From: an uncultured Acidobacteriota bacterium
GTDB lineage: Bacteria; Acidobacteriota; Vicinamibacteria; Fen-336
DNA: 64,000 nt
Reading direction: 5' to 3'
Assembly: GCA_964561785.1 (NCBI GenBank)
Contig: CAZLRF010000001.1
Span: 77,201-141,200, forward strand
Below are positions 49,978-63,741 of the stretch, in pieces; position 1 is the first letter of the stretch, and each line of letters opens with the position of its first letter. Made by a program: the position numbers and the translations under genes. The notes under the pieces are model-generated. The model ran no database searches and was not told where the DNA came from. It saw only the letters and a program-made list of their open reading frames with translations.

Positions 49978-52338
49978 ATGGAAGACGACGAGGAAGCCGG
50001 GGGGAAGACCCCGCCTCTGGGCAGCGCGCCGCCGCGCCGCGGCGGCGTGGTGAGGCGCCTGCTCGACGGCCTGCGGGGCGGGACGCCGCGGCCGCCTTCG
50101 CTCGAGCCGCCGCAGCGGCTCGGCCGCTACCGCATCCTCGAGCGCATCGGCCAGGGGGGGATGGGCGTCGTGTTCGCCGCCGAGGACGAGAGCCTCGGCC
50201 GCCGCGTGGCGGTGAAGACCGTCGTCGAGCCGGACGAATCGGCCCGCGGCCGCTTCCGGCGCGAGGCGCGCGCGGCGGCGGCGGTCAACCACCCGAACGT
50301 CTGCCAGGTCTACGAGATCGGGGAGGACCGCGGCCAGCTCTTCATCGCCATGGAGCTGCTCGACGGAGAGCCCCTGTCGGAGAGGCTCGCCCGCGGCAGG
50401 CTCCCGGTGACAGAGGCGGTCGAGGTCGGACGATCGATCCTCTCCGCCCTCGCCGCCCTCCACGCCTCCGGTGTCGTCCACCGCGACCTCAAGCCCTCGA
50501 ACGTCTTCCTCTCGCCCCACGGGGTGAAGGTGCTCGACTTCGGCCTCGCGCGGCCGCTCCCGAGCGACATCACGCGCTCCCTCGAGGCCGGGACCGAGCT
50601 CACCCGCCCCGGCCTCCTCGTCGGCACGCCGCGCTACATGGCGCCGGAGCAGGTCCTCGGCCGCGCGGTCGACGCCCGCACCGACCTGTTCTCCACCGCC
50701 GCCGTCCTCTACGAGGCCGTGGCGGGGCGGCCCGCCTTCCTCGGGACGACGGTGGTCGAGGTGCTCTCGGCCACCCTCCACGAGGAGCCGCCGGCCCTCG
50801 GCGGCGACGCGACGGCGGTGGCGTTCGATCGCGCCCTGCGGCGGGCTCTGGCGAAGCGACCGGAGGAGCGTCCCGCCTCCGCGGACGAGCTGCGCGCGGA
50901 GCTCGAGGCCGTGGTCGCGAGAGCGCCGGGCGGCCCCGCCTCGGTCGCGCGACCCCTCAAGCGACTGGTCGTCCTGCCGTTCCGGGTGCTGCGTCCCGAC
51001 CCGGACGTGGACTTCCTGTCGTTCGCGCTCTCGGACGCCGTTTCCGCGTCGCTCGCGGGCCTGCCCACGGTGGTCCTCCGCTCGAGCGCCGTCGCCGCCC
51101 GCTTCGCCTCCGAGGCCCCCGACCTCGTCGCCCTCGCCTCCCAGGCGAACGTCGACCTCGTCCTGATGGGAACGCTGCTGCGCTCCGGCGACCGGATCCG
51201 GGCCAGCACCCAGCTCGTGGAGGCCCCCGCCGGCACCATCGTCGCCTCCCACGCCCTGCAGTCGGCGGTGGGCGACGTGTTCCGCCTCCAGGACGAGCTG
51301 GCGGAGCGGATCGTGGAGGCGCTCTCGCCCTCCCTCGACGCGCGGGAGCGCCCGGCTCGCCGGGCGGGGCCGGCGAGCGCGCGCGCGTACGAGCTCTACC
51401 TGCGGGCGAACGAGGCCGCGCGCGATCTGGCCGCGGCGGGGGCCGCGCGCGACCTGTACCGGCGCTGCGTGGAGGAGGACCCCGGCTTCGCCCCCGCCTG
51501 GGCGAAGCTCGGCCGGTGCCACCGGCTGCTCGCGAAGTACTCCCTCGAGGACCCGGCCGCGAACCTCGCCCTCGCCGACGCCGCCTTCCGCCGGGCCCTC
51601 GACCTCGACCCGGCCCTGCCCGTCGCCCACAAGCTCTACGCCCACCGCGAGGCGGAGACGGGGCGAGCGCGCGACGCGATGGTCCGCCTGCTCTCGCTCG
51701 CCCGCGAGGCCGGCAACGACCCCGAGGTCTTCGCCGGCCTCGTCCACGCGTGCCGCTACTGCGGCCTGCTCGAGGCGTCGGAGGCGGCTCACCGCGAGGC
51801 GCGCCGGCTGGACCCGCACATCTCGACGAGCGTCGTCTACACCTACTGGGCGCGGGGTGAGATGGAGCGCATCCTGACCGAGACGAGCGACGGGGCCGAG
51901 TTCGAGCTGCGGGCGATGGCGCTCGAGACGCTCGGGAGACGGGAGGAGGCGAAAGCGATCCTGGAGCGGGCGCGCGGCCAGGCCCTGACGCCGGTCTTCC
52001 TCTCGATCGTGAGCGCGCTCGAGAGCCTGCTCGCCGACGGCCCGCAGGCGGTCGAGGCCTTCGCCCGCCTCGCCGCGCAGCACAGCGACCCCGAGGCCCT
52101 GTTCCTGTACGGTTCGGCCCAGGCGCGGGTCGGCGACCGGAGCGGGTCCCTCGCCTCTCTCGCCGCGTCGGTGGCCGGGGGCTTCACGGTCCCCGACGCG
52201 CTGCGGGGCCACCCCTGGCTCGCGACGATCCGCTCCGAGAGCGTCCTCGCCGGCCTGGCGGAGCAGGCCGAGTCGGCGCGCGGCGAGGCCGCCCGGGCCT
52301 TCCTCGAGGCCGACGGCCCCTCCCTGCTCGGGGTCTGA
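49978..52338 (+). CDS. Ser/Thr protein kinase with TolB-N-like region and TPR C-terminal domain
   Basis: ATG 49978 is in frame with track ORF 48076..52338. GQGGMGVVFAA, VAVK, HRDLKPSNVFL, DFGLAR, YMAPEQ. Then LVVLPFRVLRPDPDVDFLSFALSD..., like the TolB-N domain of the kinase at 33535. TPR-like repeats follow. A TATACT hexamer lies 20 nt upstream. Confidence 0.85.
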   Translation: MEDDEEAGGKTPPLGSAPPRRGGVVRRLLDGLRGGTPRPPSLEPPQRLGRYRILERIGQGGMGVVFAAEDESLGRRVAVKTVVEPDESARGRFRREARAAAAVNHPNVCQVYEIGEDRGQLFIAMELLDGEPLSERLARGRLPVTEAVEVGRSILSALAALHASGVVHRDLKPSNVFLSPHGVKVLDFGLARPLPSDITRSLEAGTELTRPGLLVGTPRYMAPEQVLGRAVDARTDLFSTAAVLYEAVAGRPAFLGTTVVEVLSATLHEEPPALGGDATAVAFDRALRRALAKRPEERPASADELRAELEAVVARAPGGPASVARPLKRLVVLPFRVLRPDPDVDFLSFALSDAVSASLAGLPTVVLRSSAVAARFASEAPDLVALASQANVDLVLMGTLLRSGDRIRASTQLVEAPAGTIVASHALQSAVGDVFRLQDELAERIVEALSPSLDARERPARRAGPASARAYELYLRANEAARDLAAAGAARDLYRRCVEEDPGFAPAWAKLGRCHRLLAKYSLEDPAANLALADAAFRRALDLDPALPVAHKLYAHREAETGRARDAMVRLLSLAREAGNDPEVFAGLVHACRYCGLLEASEAAHREARRLDPHISTSVVYTYWARGEMERILTETSDGAEFELRAMALETLGRREEAKAILERARGQALTPVFLSIVSALESLLADGPQAVEAFARLAAQHSDPEALFLYGSAQARVGDRSGSLASLAASVAGGFTVPDALRGHPWLATIRSESVLAGLAEQAESARGEAARAFLEADGPSLLGV

Positions 52339-52391
52339 GCGCGGCGGGGCCCGCCTCCGCGCGGGCGATTCTCCCGTGAGATGATGCGCCG

Positions 52392-53786
52392 TTGCACGAG
52401 GAGGCACGCTTGGGCCACCCGTTCCGTTCGCTCGCCCCGGTCGTCCTGGCTTTCGCGACCCTCGCCGCGGCCGCCGAGGATCCCCGCCTCGAAGGCGCGT
52501 CGCGAAGCGAGCGCAACGGCTGGATCCTCGTACGCCTCCAGGGCGCGCCGGCCGACGTCGGCTACCAGCACGGGCGCCTCCTCGCGAAGGAGGTCGAGGA
52601 CGCCGTCGCCGTCGCCCGCCTGGGGCTGATCCAGGACGGCAAGCGGGACTGGGCGTTCTACCGCCGGGCGGCCGAGGTCGTCTTCTGGCCCGGCGTCGAC
52701 GCCGAGTACCGCCAGGAGATGCGGGGGATCGCGCAGGGCGCCGCGGCCGGCGGGGCGAAGGTCGACCTGTGGGACGTGGTCGCCCTCAACGCCAGCATCG
52801 AGTTCGGCTACTACACGGCCAGCCTCGACCGGGACGGCCGCTCCGGCGCCCCCGACAAGTGCAGCGCGTTCGTCGCCACCGGAAGCTTCACCCGCGACGG
52901 CCGCCCGGTGATCGCCCACAACAACTGGTCGGGCTACCTGGAGGGCTCGCGCTGGAACGTGATCTTCGACATCCGCCCCGCCGCCGGGCACCGCATCCTC
53001 ATGGACGGCATGCCGGGCCTCATCCACAGCGGGGACGACTTCGGCGTGAGCTCGGCCGGGCTCGCGATCACCGAGACCACGATCACCGGCTTCCGCGGGT
53101 TCGACCCGAAGGGGATCCCGGAGTTCGTCCGCGCCCGCAGGGCGATGCAGCATGCCTCCTCGATCGACGACTTCGACCGCATCATGCGGGAGGGCAACAA
53201 CGGCGGCTACGCCAACGCCTGGCTGGTGGCCGACGTGAGGACCGGCGAGATCGCCCGGCTCGAGCTCGGCCTGCGCAACGTGACCCTCGAGCGGACGAAG
53301 GACGGCTACTTCGCGGGGACGAACTTCCCCGTGAGCCCGAAGCTCGCCGCCGAGGAGACGACGTTCCGCCTCGACGACCCGTCGCTCAGCGCCAACGCCC
53401 GGCGGGTCCGCGCCGACGAGCTGATCCGGGAGGCGAAGGGGACGATCGACCTCGCCTTCGCGAAGCGCTACCTCTCGGACCACCACGACGCCTACGAGAG
53501 GCGCAACGACGCCCCCAGCGAGCGCACGCTGTGCGGGCACGTGGACCTGTCCCCGCGCGGCATGGGCGACTGGTTCTCGGCCTTCGGCCCGGCGGGCACC
53601 GTCCAGTCGAAGGCGGCCGACGCCCCCATGATCGTGCGCATGGCCCTCGAGGCGGCGATGGGCCACCCCTGCGGCGCCACCTGGAAGGCCGCGCCCCACC
53701 TCGCGAAGCACCCGGGCTACGCGTGGACGAAGCCCCTGATGCGGGACCTCGTGGCCGGGCCGTGGACGCTCTTCGCGGCGCCCTAG
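52392..53786 (+). CDS. secreted Ntn-hydrolase, C45 (acyl-CoA:6-APA acyltransferase-like) / choloylglycine-hydrolase superfamily
   Basis: Signal peptide, then a candidate autoproteolytic nucleophile in DKCSAFVATGSFTRDGRPVIAHNNW. The size (about 460 aa) fits. The start is TTG 52392 or the in-frame TTG 52410, 5 nt after GGAGG. Confidence 0.6.
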   Translation: MHEEARLGHPFRSLAPVVLAFATLAAAAEDPRLEGASRSERNGWILVRLQGAPADVGYQHGRLLAKEVEDAVAVARLGLIQDGKRDWAFYRRAAEVVFWPGVDAEYRQEMRGIAQGAAAGGAKVDLWDVVALNASIEFGYYTASLDRDGRSGAPDKCSAFVATGSFTRDGRPVIAHNNWSGYLEGSRWNVIFDIRPAAGHRILMDGMPGLIHSGDDFGVSSAGLAITETTITGFRGFDPKGIPEFVRARRAMQHASSIDDFDRIMREGNNGGYANAWLVADVRTGEIARLELGLRNVTLERTKDGYFAGTNFPVSPKLAAEETTFRLDDPSLSANARRVRADELIREAKGTIDLAFAKRYLSDHHDAYERRNDAPSERTLCGHVDLSPRGMGDWFSAFGPAGTVQSKAADAPMIVRMALEAAMGHPCGATWKAAPHLAKHPGYAWTKPLMRDLVAGPWTLFAAP

Positions 53787-53796
53787 GCCCGGGCCC

Positions 53797-55038
53797 TCAC
53801 AGCCAGCCCTTCCGCCGGAACCAGGCGACCATTCCCCCCGCGGTGACGAGCGAGATCGCCCAGAACGCGGGATAGGCCCACGGCCAGTCGAGCTCCGGGA
53901 AGTGGTGGAAGTTCATCCCGTAGACCCCGGCGAGGAAGGTGAGGGGGATGAAGATCGTGCCGATGATCGTCAGCACCTTCATCACCTCGTTCATCCGGTT
54001 GCTCATCGAGGTCATGTAGGTCTCGGTGAGCCCCGAGGCCACCTCGCGGTAGGTCTCCACGATGTCGATCGCCTGGACGGCGTGGTCGTAGACGTCCCGG
54101 ATGTAGGTCCTCGTCACGTCGGAGAAGCACTCGTGGGGCTCGCGCTGCATCTTCTGCAGCACCTCGCGCATCGGCCACAGCGCCCGCCGCACGAGCAGCA
54201 GCTCGCGCTTGAGGCGATGGATCTCCTGGATCGTGTCCGGCGACGGGTGCTGGAGGACCCGGTCCTCCAGCTCCTCCAGCCGGTCGCCGAACATCTCCAG
54301 GATCGGGAACGCCTCGTCGACCACCGCGTCGATCAGCGAGTAGGCGAGGAAGCTCGCGTCGTTGCGGCGCAGCGCGGAGCCGGGGGCGCGGATGCGGTCG
54401 CGGATCGGGTCCCACACGTCCCCCGGCGTCTCCTGGAAGGTGAGCACGGTCTTGTGCCCGACGAAGATGCTGACCTGCTCGGTGTGGAGCATGCCCTCGC
54501 GCAGCTCGAGCTCGCGGACGATCACGAACAGCCGGGCCTGGTAGCCGCCGTCCTCCTCGTAGGACTGCACCTTCGGCCTCTGGGGAACGTGCAGCACGTC
54601 CTCGATCGCGAGCGGGTGCAGGCGGTACTTCTCGGCGAGGGCGCGCACCACGCCGAGGTCGCCGAGGCCGTCGACGTTGATCCAGCGCACGACCGACCAG
54701 TCCGGCCGGTGCCGGGCGATGAACGAGGGCAGGTCGCGCACCTCCTCGAAGACCGCCTGAGCGGGCGCGTAGTCGACGCAGGTGATCCGGACGGCGATCG
54801 GGGTGTGGGGAACCGCGGCGAGGTCCTGCGGCTCGATCCCCGCCTCCGAGCCCGGCGCCGCCTTCTTGAACCGGCGCGGAAGGCGCAGCCCGCGCTTGCC
54901 CTTCGGCGGGGCCTTGCGGGTGCGGCGGGCGGGCCGGGCCGGCGCCGCTTCCGGCTGGGCGGGCGGCTCCGCGGGGGACGACGCCGCCCCGTCGACCGGC
55001 TCCGTCGCCCCGTCCCCGCTCCGCGTCTCGTCGCTCAT
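53797..55038 (-). CDS. corA: magnesium/cobalt/nickel transporter CorA
   Basis: The C-terminal two-TM region carries the YGMNF signature. The cytoplasmic funnel domain is conserved. 413 aa. Confidence 0.85.
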   Translation of the reverse strand: MSDETRSGDGATEPVDGAASSPAEPPAQPEAAPARPARRTRKAPPKGKRGLRLPRRFKKAAPGSEAGIEPQDLAAVPHTPIAVRITCVDYAPAQAVFEEVRDLPSFIARHRPDWSVVRWINVDGLGDLGVVRALAEKYRLHPLAIEDVLHVPQRPKVQSYEEDGGYQARLFVIVRELELREGMLHTEQVSIFVGHKTVLTFQETPGDVWDPIRDRIRAPGSALRRNDASFLAYSLIDAVVDEAFPILEMFGDRLEELEDRVLQHPSPDTIQEIHRLKRELLLVRRALWPMREVLQKMQREPHECFSDVTRTYIRDVYDHAVQAIDIVETYREVASGLTETYMTSMSNRMNEVMKVLTIIGTIFIPLTFLAGVYGMNFHHFPELDWPWAYPAFWAISLVTAGGMVAWFRRKGWL

Positions 55039-55077
55039 CCGGTCCTCTCGTCCTCTCCGTCGCGGGCTTCCCCGCGC

Positions 55078-56340
55078 TCAGCCGACGTAGGGTATCGTCT
55101 GCGGGCCCTCGGGGAGAACCGCCACCGGCGCGTCGCCGCCGAGCCTCTCGAGCTCGCGCCCCACCGCCTCCCCGACGTCCGCGACCGGCTCGAGGAACGC
55201 GCGGCGCACGTCCTCGTCCGGAAGCTCGGACCGCAGCGCGACCCGGGCCCGGAGGCGGATGAGGGCGAGCAGCTGCGCCTCCCACTGGTCGTAGAGGGAG
55301 AAGCCGGGCGCCTCGATCGTGTCGAGCACCGCGCGCGGGGTGGGGTGGTCGAACAGCAGCTTCTTGAAGTTCCCGTGGTCGGGGAAGCCGTCCTCGCACC
55401 GCGAGGCGGCCACGATGAGCCCGCCCTCCTCCACGATCTGCGCCGCCGCCGACATCCCTTTCACCGTCTGGTACAGGTTCTGGTCGAGCGGGTAGCCGCT
55501 GTTGGTCGTGACCACCACCGGGAACCGCCGCGGGCACGCGACCATCGCCGTCTCCTTCGAGAAGGCGCACGCCCGCTCGTGGGCGAGGAGCGGGTCCCCG
55601 CAGAAGAAGCGGGTGATCTCCCGCCGGCGGTTGAGCGTCACGTTGACGCAGAAGTCGACCGGGAGGAGCGCCCCGTTGTGGCGGACGATCGCCTGGGTCG
55701 GGTTGCCCTCGAGGAGCCCCCAGGTCGAGCGCGGGTCCCCGATCGTCCTCGCGTCGTGGTAGCGCATGATCGACGCGATGTCGGCGACGGCGGGAAAGGT
55801 CCCCTTGTAGCCGCCGGAGAAGCCGGCCATGAAGTGCGGCTCCACGAAGCCGAGCACGATCCTGCGGTCCGCCTCCACGTACTCCCGGTTGAAGAAGACC
55901 GTCTCCCCGTCCGCGGACCTCCCCGCGGGGAGCATCGTCGCGGGATCGTGCGCGCTGTGGTTCACGACCCGGTAGCGCGCGAGCACCTCGGGGCCGACCA
56001 TCGAGCGAAGCTCCGCCGGCGTGTTCGCGCGGTGCGAGCCCGTGCCGTTCACGATCGTGACCCGATCCGGGGAGACGTGGTCGAGCTCGGCGAACAGCCA
56101 CGGCAGGAGCCGGTCCGAGGGCAGCGGGCGGGTGAGGTCGGGGATCACGACCGCCAGACGCTCCCCCGCCCGGACCGCCTCCCGCAGCGGCGGGGCGCCG
56201 ATCGGGCGGCGCACCGCCTCGCGGAACGCCGCCGCCTCGTCGGGGAGGCCGGGCAGGAAGCGCGGCTCGAGCACCCTCACGCTTCGGCCCGGGACGTCGA
56301 CCTCGAGGCCGTCGCGGCCGTACTGCAGGCGGACTCGCAC
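55078..56340 (-). CDS. larA: LarA-family nickel-pincer-dependent (lactate) racemase/epimerase homologue (DUF2088)
   Basis: 420 aa with the LarA pattern: N-terminal DUF2088 region ([13 protein letters not shown]), GTGSHR, and [12 protein letters not shown]. It lies directly upstream of corA on the same strand with a 39-nt gap. Confidence 0.8.
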   Translation of the reverse strand: MRVRLQYGRDGLEVDVPGRSVRVLEPRFLPGLPDEAAAFREAVRRPIGAPPLREAVRAGERLAVVIPDLTRPLPSDRLLPWLFAELDHVSPDRVTIVNGTGSHRANTPAELRSMVGPEVLARYRVVNHSAHDPATMLPAGRSADGETVFFNREYVEADRRIVLGFVEPHFMAGFSGGYKGTFPAVADIASIMRYHDARTIGDPRSTWGLLEGNPTQAIVRHNGALLPVDFCVNVTLNRRREITRFFCGDPLLAHERACAFSKETAMVACPRRFPVVVTTNSGYPLDQNLYQTVKGMSAAAQIVEEGGLIVAASRCEDGFPDHGNFKKLLFDHPTPRAVLDTIEAPGFSLYDQWEAQLLALIRLRARVALRSELPDEDVRRAFLEPVADVGEAVGRELERLGGDAPVAVLPEGPQTIPYVG

Positions 56341-56411
56341 CGCGCAAAGCTACGCCGCCGCGCCGCCCGGGTCAACGCCGCCGCGCGGGCGCGGTACAAT
56401 CCCGCCGCGCC

Positions 56412-60293
<3,882 letters not shown>

Positions 60294-61454
60294 TCAGGAG
60301 AGATCGCCGGCCCACAGCTCGTCGAGGAACTCCCCGAGCGGCAGGATATCGACGTTTCCGACCCGCCGCCGTCGTCGGTCGAGGCTCACGCAGATCGCGC
60401 GCTTCAGCGTGCGCTCCTCGGCCAGCGCGACGAGGGCCCGCAGCTCGCGAGGCGCCACGTTCTCCTTCGCCTTGACCTCGATCGCCGTGTGGTCCCCGAG
60501 CACGAAGTCGACCTCGTAACCGGACGCCGAGCGCCAGTGGCCGACCGGGGCTCCCCCGGCGTAGTCCCGGTGGCAGACGAGCTCGTGGAGGAGGTACGTC
60601 TCGAAGGCCGAACCGAACTCCGGGGTCCCCGGCCGCACCAGGCGCCCCTGCAGCCAGGAGACGACGCCGACGTCGAAGAAGTAGTACTTCGGCGAGACGA
60701 GTGGCTTGCGGGTCGACGAGCGCGTCCAGGCCGGGACCTCGTGCAGGAGCAGGGTGTCGCGCAGGATGTCGAAGTACTCGTAGACCGTCGTGCGCGGCAC
60801 CTGGGCGTCGCTCGCCACGGCGGTGAAGTTCACGACCGTCGCGTTGCACGCCGCCGCGACCCGGAGAAGGCGGCTGAAGGCCGGGACGTTCCTCATCGCC
60901 CCTTCGGCCACGATCTCCTGCTGGAGGTAGGTCCCGGCGTAGGCCTCGAGGTCCGCCCCGGGGTCGTCGGAGAAGTAGATGGACGGGAGGAGTCCCCGGG
61001 ACACCGCGCGGGCGAGGTCGAAATGCGTCCCGAGCTCGCGACGGGTCAGGGGGTGCAGGTGACGCGTCCGGGCTCGGCCTCCCAGGAGGTTGACCCCGCC
61101 CCGCCTGAACTTCCGAGCGCTGGAGCCGGTGAGGAGGAACCGCGTCCCCCGCTCCTCGATCAGGCGGTGGACCTCGTTCAGGATCGACGGCAGGCGCTGC
61201 ACCTCGTCGATCACGACGACCTCGCCGCGACCCGTGACCTCCTCCGCCAGCCGCCCCGGGCGCTGGCTGAGGGCGAGGTAGACCGCCCCGTCCAGGAGAT
61301 CGTACACGCGGGCCTTCGGGAGCTGGCGCCTCGCGAGGGTGCTCTTGCCCGTCTGGCGGGGACCGAACAGGAAGTGCGACTTGCGGGCGAGCCACGCCTC
61401 GAGATCGACCGCGCGCTCGACGTGGGGCGTGGGCAACGTCATCTCAGTCGTCAT
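60294..61454 (-). CDS. AAA+ ATPase with DUF4143 (COG1373 family), second paralogue
   Basis: Walker A (GPRQTGKST), Walker B (VVVIDEVQ), and a DUF4143-type C-terminus. Its stop codon directly abuts the purL stop. Confidence 0.75.
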   Translation of the reverse strand: MTTEMTLPTPHVERAVDLEAWLARKSHFLFGPRQTGKSTLARRQLPKARVYDLLDGAVYLALSQRPGRLAEEVTGRGEVVVIDEVQRLPSILNEVHRLIEERGTRFLLTGSSARKFRRGGVNLLGGRARTRHLHPLTRRELGTHFDLARAVSRGLLPSIYFSDDPGADLEAYAGTYLQQEIVAEGAMRNVPAFSRLLRVAAACNATVVNFTAVASDAQVPRTTVYEYFDILRDTLLLHEVPAWTRSSTRKPLVSPKYYFFDVGVVSWLQGRLVRPGTPEFGSAFETYLLHELVCHRDYAGGAPVGHWRSASGYEVDFVLGDHTAIEVKAKENVAPRELRALVALAEERTLKRAICVSLDRRRRRVGNVDILPLGEFLDELWAGDLS

Positions 61455-61513
61455 TTATCCTGCCATATGACGACTCGGCCGTCAAGGTATCAGGAACGGG
61501 CGCAAGACGGGGA

Positions 61514-61930
61514 TCAGGCCCCGAGGGTCTCGAGGCCGAAAGCGCGCGCGGCGAGGGCCAGGGCGGCGTCGTGCGTCGCCACGACCGGGTCGAGGCCGGT
61601 CTGCTCGCGCCACAGGAGGGCCGTGGCGAGGTGGATGGCATCGAGCGTCCCGAGCGGTGTGGGGAGAGGGTCCCCCGCCCTCGAGAGAACCGGCCGCTGG
61701 AGCAGCACGAGATCGACGGCCTCGAGCCACTCGGCGATCGCGTTTCTCCTGGCGACCGCCTCCTCGAGGGAAAGCGCCCCCTGCAGGCGCAGCCGGTCGA
61801 TCGTCCGGGGGCACTCGACCGCCAGGAGCTCGCTCGAGACGAGCGCGTCCGCGGAGCGGATCTCGGGGAGGAAGCCGGCCTCGCGAAGCACGAAGCGCAG
61901 CAGGGCCGAGGAGTCGAGGTAGAGGGTCAC
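61514..61930 (-). CDS. vapC: type II toxin VapC (PIN domain)
   Basis: MTLYLDSSALLRFVL...LDAIHLATALLW...VATHDAALALAARAFGL is a classic PIN/VapC. Confidence 0.8.
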   Translation of the reverse strand: MTLYLDSSALLRFVLREAGFLPEIRSADALVSSELLAVECPRTIDRLRLQGALSLEEAVARRNAIAEWLEAVDLVLLQRPVLSRAGDPLPTPLGTLDAIHLATALLWREQTGLDPVVATHDAALALAARAFGLETLGA

Positions 61931-62175
61931 CGCTTCTCGCGGTCCTCGAGGAGAAGCGCCGTGCTGTCCGTCGGCCCGGCGGGTGGAGGCGGGAGGGCGA
62001 CCTCGGAGGGCCTGCGCGTGGCCCGGCGGACTCGCAGCGGCTCGCTCGCCTCGTAGGGGACGAGCCTGGCGATGGGTGTGTCGCGGTCGAGAATCGTCAG
62101 GGGTCGTCCTCCCCGGACGCCCCTCAGGTGCTCGCTGAGCCTCGCCTTGAGCTCGGCAATCCCGACGGTCTTCAT
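61927..62175 (-). CDS. phd: Phd/YefM family antitoxin
   Basis: MKTVGIAELKARLSEHLRGVRGGRPLTILDRDTPIARLVP. It overlaps the vapC start by 4 nt. Confidence 0.7.
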   Translation of the reverse strand: MKTVGIAELKARLSEHLRGVRGGRPLTILDRDTPIARLVPYEASEPLRVRRATRRPSEVALPPPPAGPTDSTALLLEDREKR

Positions 62176-62200
62176 GACCTATGGTGACCTGGACAGGTCA
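62175..62200. promoter_or_regulatory. TGACCT direct repeat plus TGACCTG..CAGGTCA inverted repeat (putative Phd operator)
   Basis: It lies immediately upstream of the phd start on the minus strand. The 7-bp arms are separated by 2 nt, and an extra TGACCT half-site sits 4 nt away. Confidence 0.4.
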
Positions 62201-62229
62201 TCTCGGTCAAGTGAAGCGGGCGACCGGGG

Positions 62230-63600
62230 CTAGCGGCTCTTCTCCACCGCCTCGGTCGTGACCCGGTACTTCGCGAGCATGTTGGCCTTCTCCCAGGGCG
62301 GGAGCGAGGCCCGGTCCTTCAGGTAGCCGAGGAAGCGCCCGGTCACCTCGGCGAAGTGGGGCTCGTGGCCCACGCGGTAGACGTCCGGGATCACGACGCG
62401 CAGGCGGGCCCCCTCGTCCGCGACGGCGAGGCCGGGGCGGTCCTTCGCGAGGAGCGCCACGCGCTTCTCGAGCGCTCTCCTCACGGCCGGCCGCTCGGCG
62501 GGCGCGAGCGGGACGACGTACAGCTCCGGCCGCCAGCTCTGCTCGGCGCCCTGCAGGATCTCGAGCCGGGCCCGGCGGCCCCGCACGACCGCGACGTGGG
62601 TGTCGCCCGCGCCCGGCGGCGCCTCGTAGTTCCACCGGACCTCGACGCGGGCGTGGATCCCGCGGACGGTGAAGCTGGCCTCGCCGTTCGCGAAGTAGTC
62701 GAGCCTTCCGTCCTTCATCCCGGCGGCGAGGGACGGGGCGAGCGTCTTCTCCCCGGTCAGGCGCAGGAGCTGCGCCTCGTCGAGCACGGTCGGCCAGCGG
62801 CGCGCCCGGAGGACCTCGACCTGCGAGCGGTGGTCGATCGCCTGGCCGGGGAAGAGCGTGAAGAAGGTGAGGTCCACGAGGTGGGTGGCCACGTCACCGA
62901 GGGCCTCGCCCTGCTCGGCGGTGTCGAAGAACCAGTACGGACGCAGGTTCACCGCGCCCGCCACCGTCTTCATCAGGTGGTGGACGCTCCGCATCTCGAT
63001 CGCCGGCTCCTGCGGCGTCCCGGGCGGGACGGCCCCCGTGACGTCGCGGTCCTGCGCGAGCTCCTTCTGGAGGATGGTCGTGATCTCGGACCGCTCGGTC
63101 ATCACGTCGTAGGCGACGAGGCCCCTCGCGTCCGCGAGTTCGAGCGCCCGCTCGAGCCGGGGGAAGTCCGCGGCCGAGATGATCCAGGGCTTGTCGGCCA
63201 GCACGTCGAGTCCCGCCTCCAGCGACGCGAGGATGCGGTCGATCTTCCCGCGGTTCCGCCCCGAGAGGACGACCACGTTGCCCGGCCTGTCGCGGAGCAT
63301 GCGCTCCATGAAGTCGGGCCCGGCGTGGATCTCGAGCCGCCAGTCGGTGGGGCGCTCGGCGCGCCGGTTGAACGCCGACACGCGGCCGAGGTGGCCCAGG
63401 AGGTCGGGGCCGAGGGGGGCGTAGACGTGCACGGTGGGGTCGACGCCCGGGTACGCCTCCTTCTGGATGAGGGCGGCGTGGAAGTGGCCGGGGTCGAGGG
63501 TGATCAGGCGCACGGGCTCTCTCCCGGACGCCATCAGGCCGCCGCCGAGGAGGAGGAGGAGCGCGGCCGGGAGGAGGACGGGGAGCGGGGCGTGGCGCAC
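62230..63600 (-). CDS. secreted oxidoreductase-like protein of uncertain family
   Basis: Only the C-terminal ~457 aa of the 513-aa track ORF are taken. GTG 63598-63600 gives a hydrophobic N-terminus (VRHAPLPVLLPAALLLLLGGGL). The body has a conserved-looking HFHAAL motif (ITLDPGHFHAALIQKEAY). Family assignment is weak. Confidence 0.5.
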   Translation of the reverse strand: MRHAPLPVLLPAALLLLLGGGLMASGREPVRLITLDPGHFHAALIQKEAYPGVDPTVHVYAPLGPDLLGHLGRVSAFNRRAERPTDWRLEIHAGPDFMERMLRDRPGNVVVLSGRNRGKIDRILASLEAGLDVLADKPWIISAADFPRLERALELADARGLVAYDVMTERSEITTILQKELAQDRDVTGAVPPGTPQEPAIEMRSVHHLMKTVAGAVNLRPYWFFDTAEQGEALGDVATHLVDLTFFTLFPGQAIDHRSQVEVLRARRWPTVLDEAQLLRLTGEKTLAPSLAAGMKDGRLDYFANGEASFTVRGIHARVEVRWNYEAPPGAGDTHVAVVRGRRARLEILQGAEQSWRPELYVVPLAPAERPAVRRALEKRVALLAKDRPGLAVADEGARLRVVIPDVYRVGHEPHFAEVTGRFLGYLKDRASLPPWEKANMLAKYRVTTEAVEKSR

Positions 63601-63741
63601 GAGAGCACCTCCATGGGCGACCCGGGAGGGTACACCCTCCCCCGCCGTGCGCACCATTGACTTCCGGGGCGGCTCCGATAAGCTCGCCCGGACCACGCCC
63701 GCCCGGCGCGCGCCGGGCCATCCCCCGTCCCCGGAGGACCC

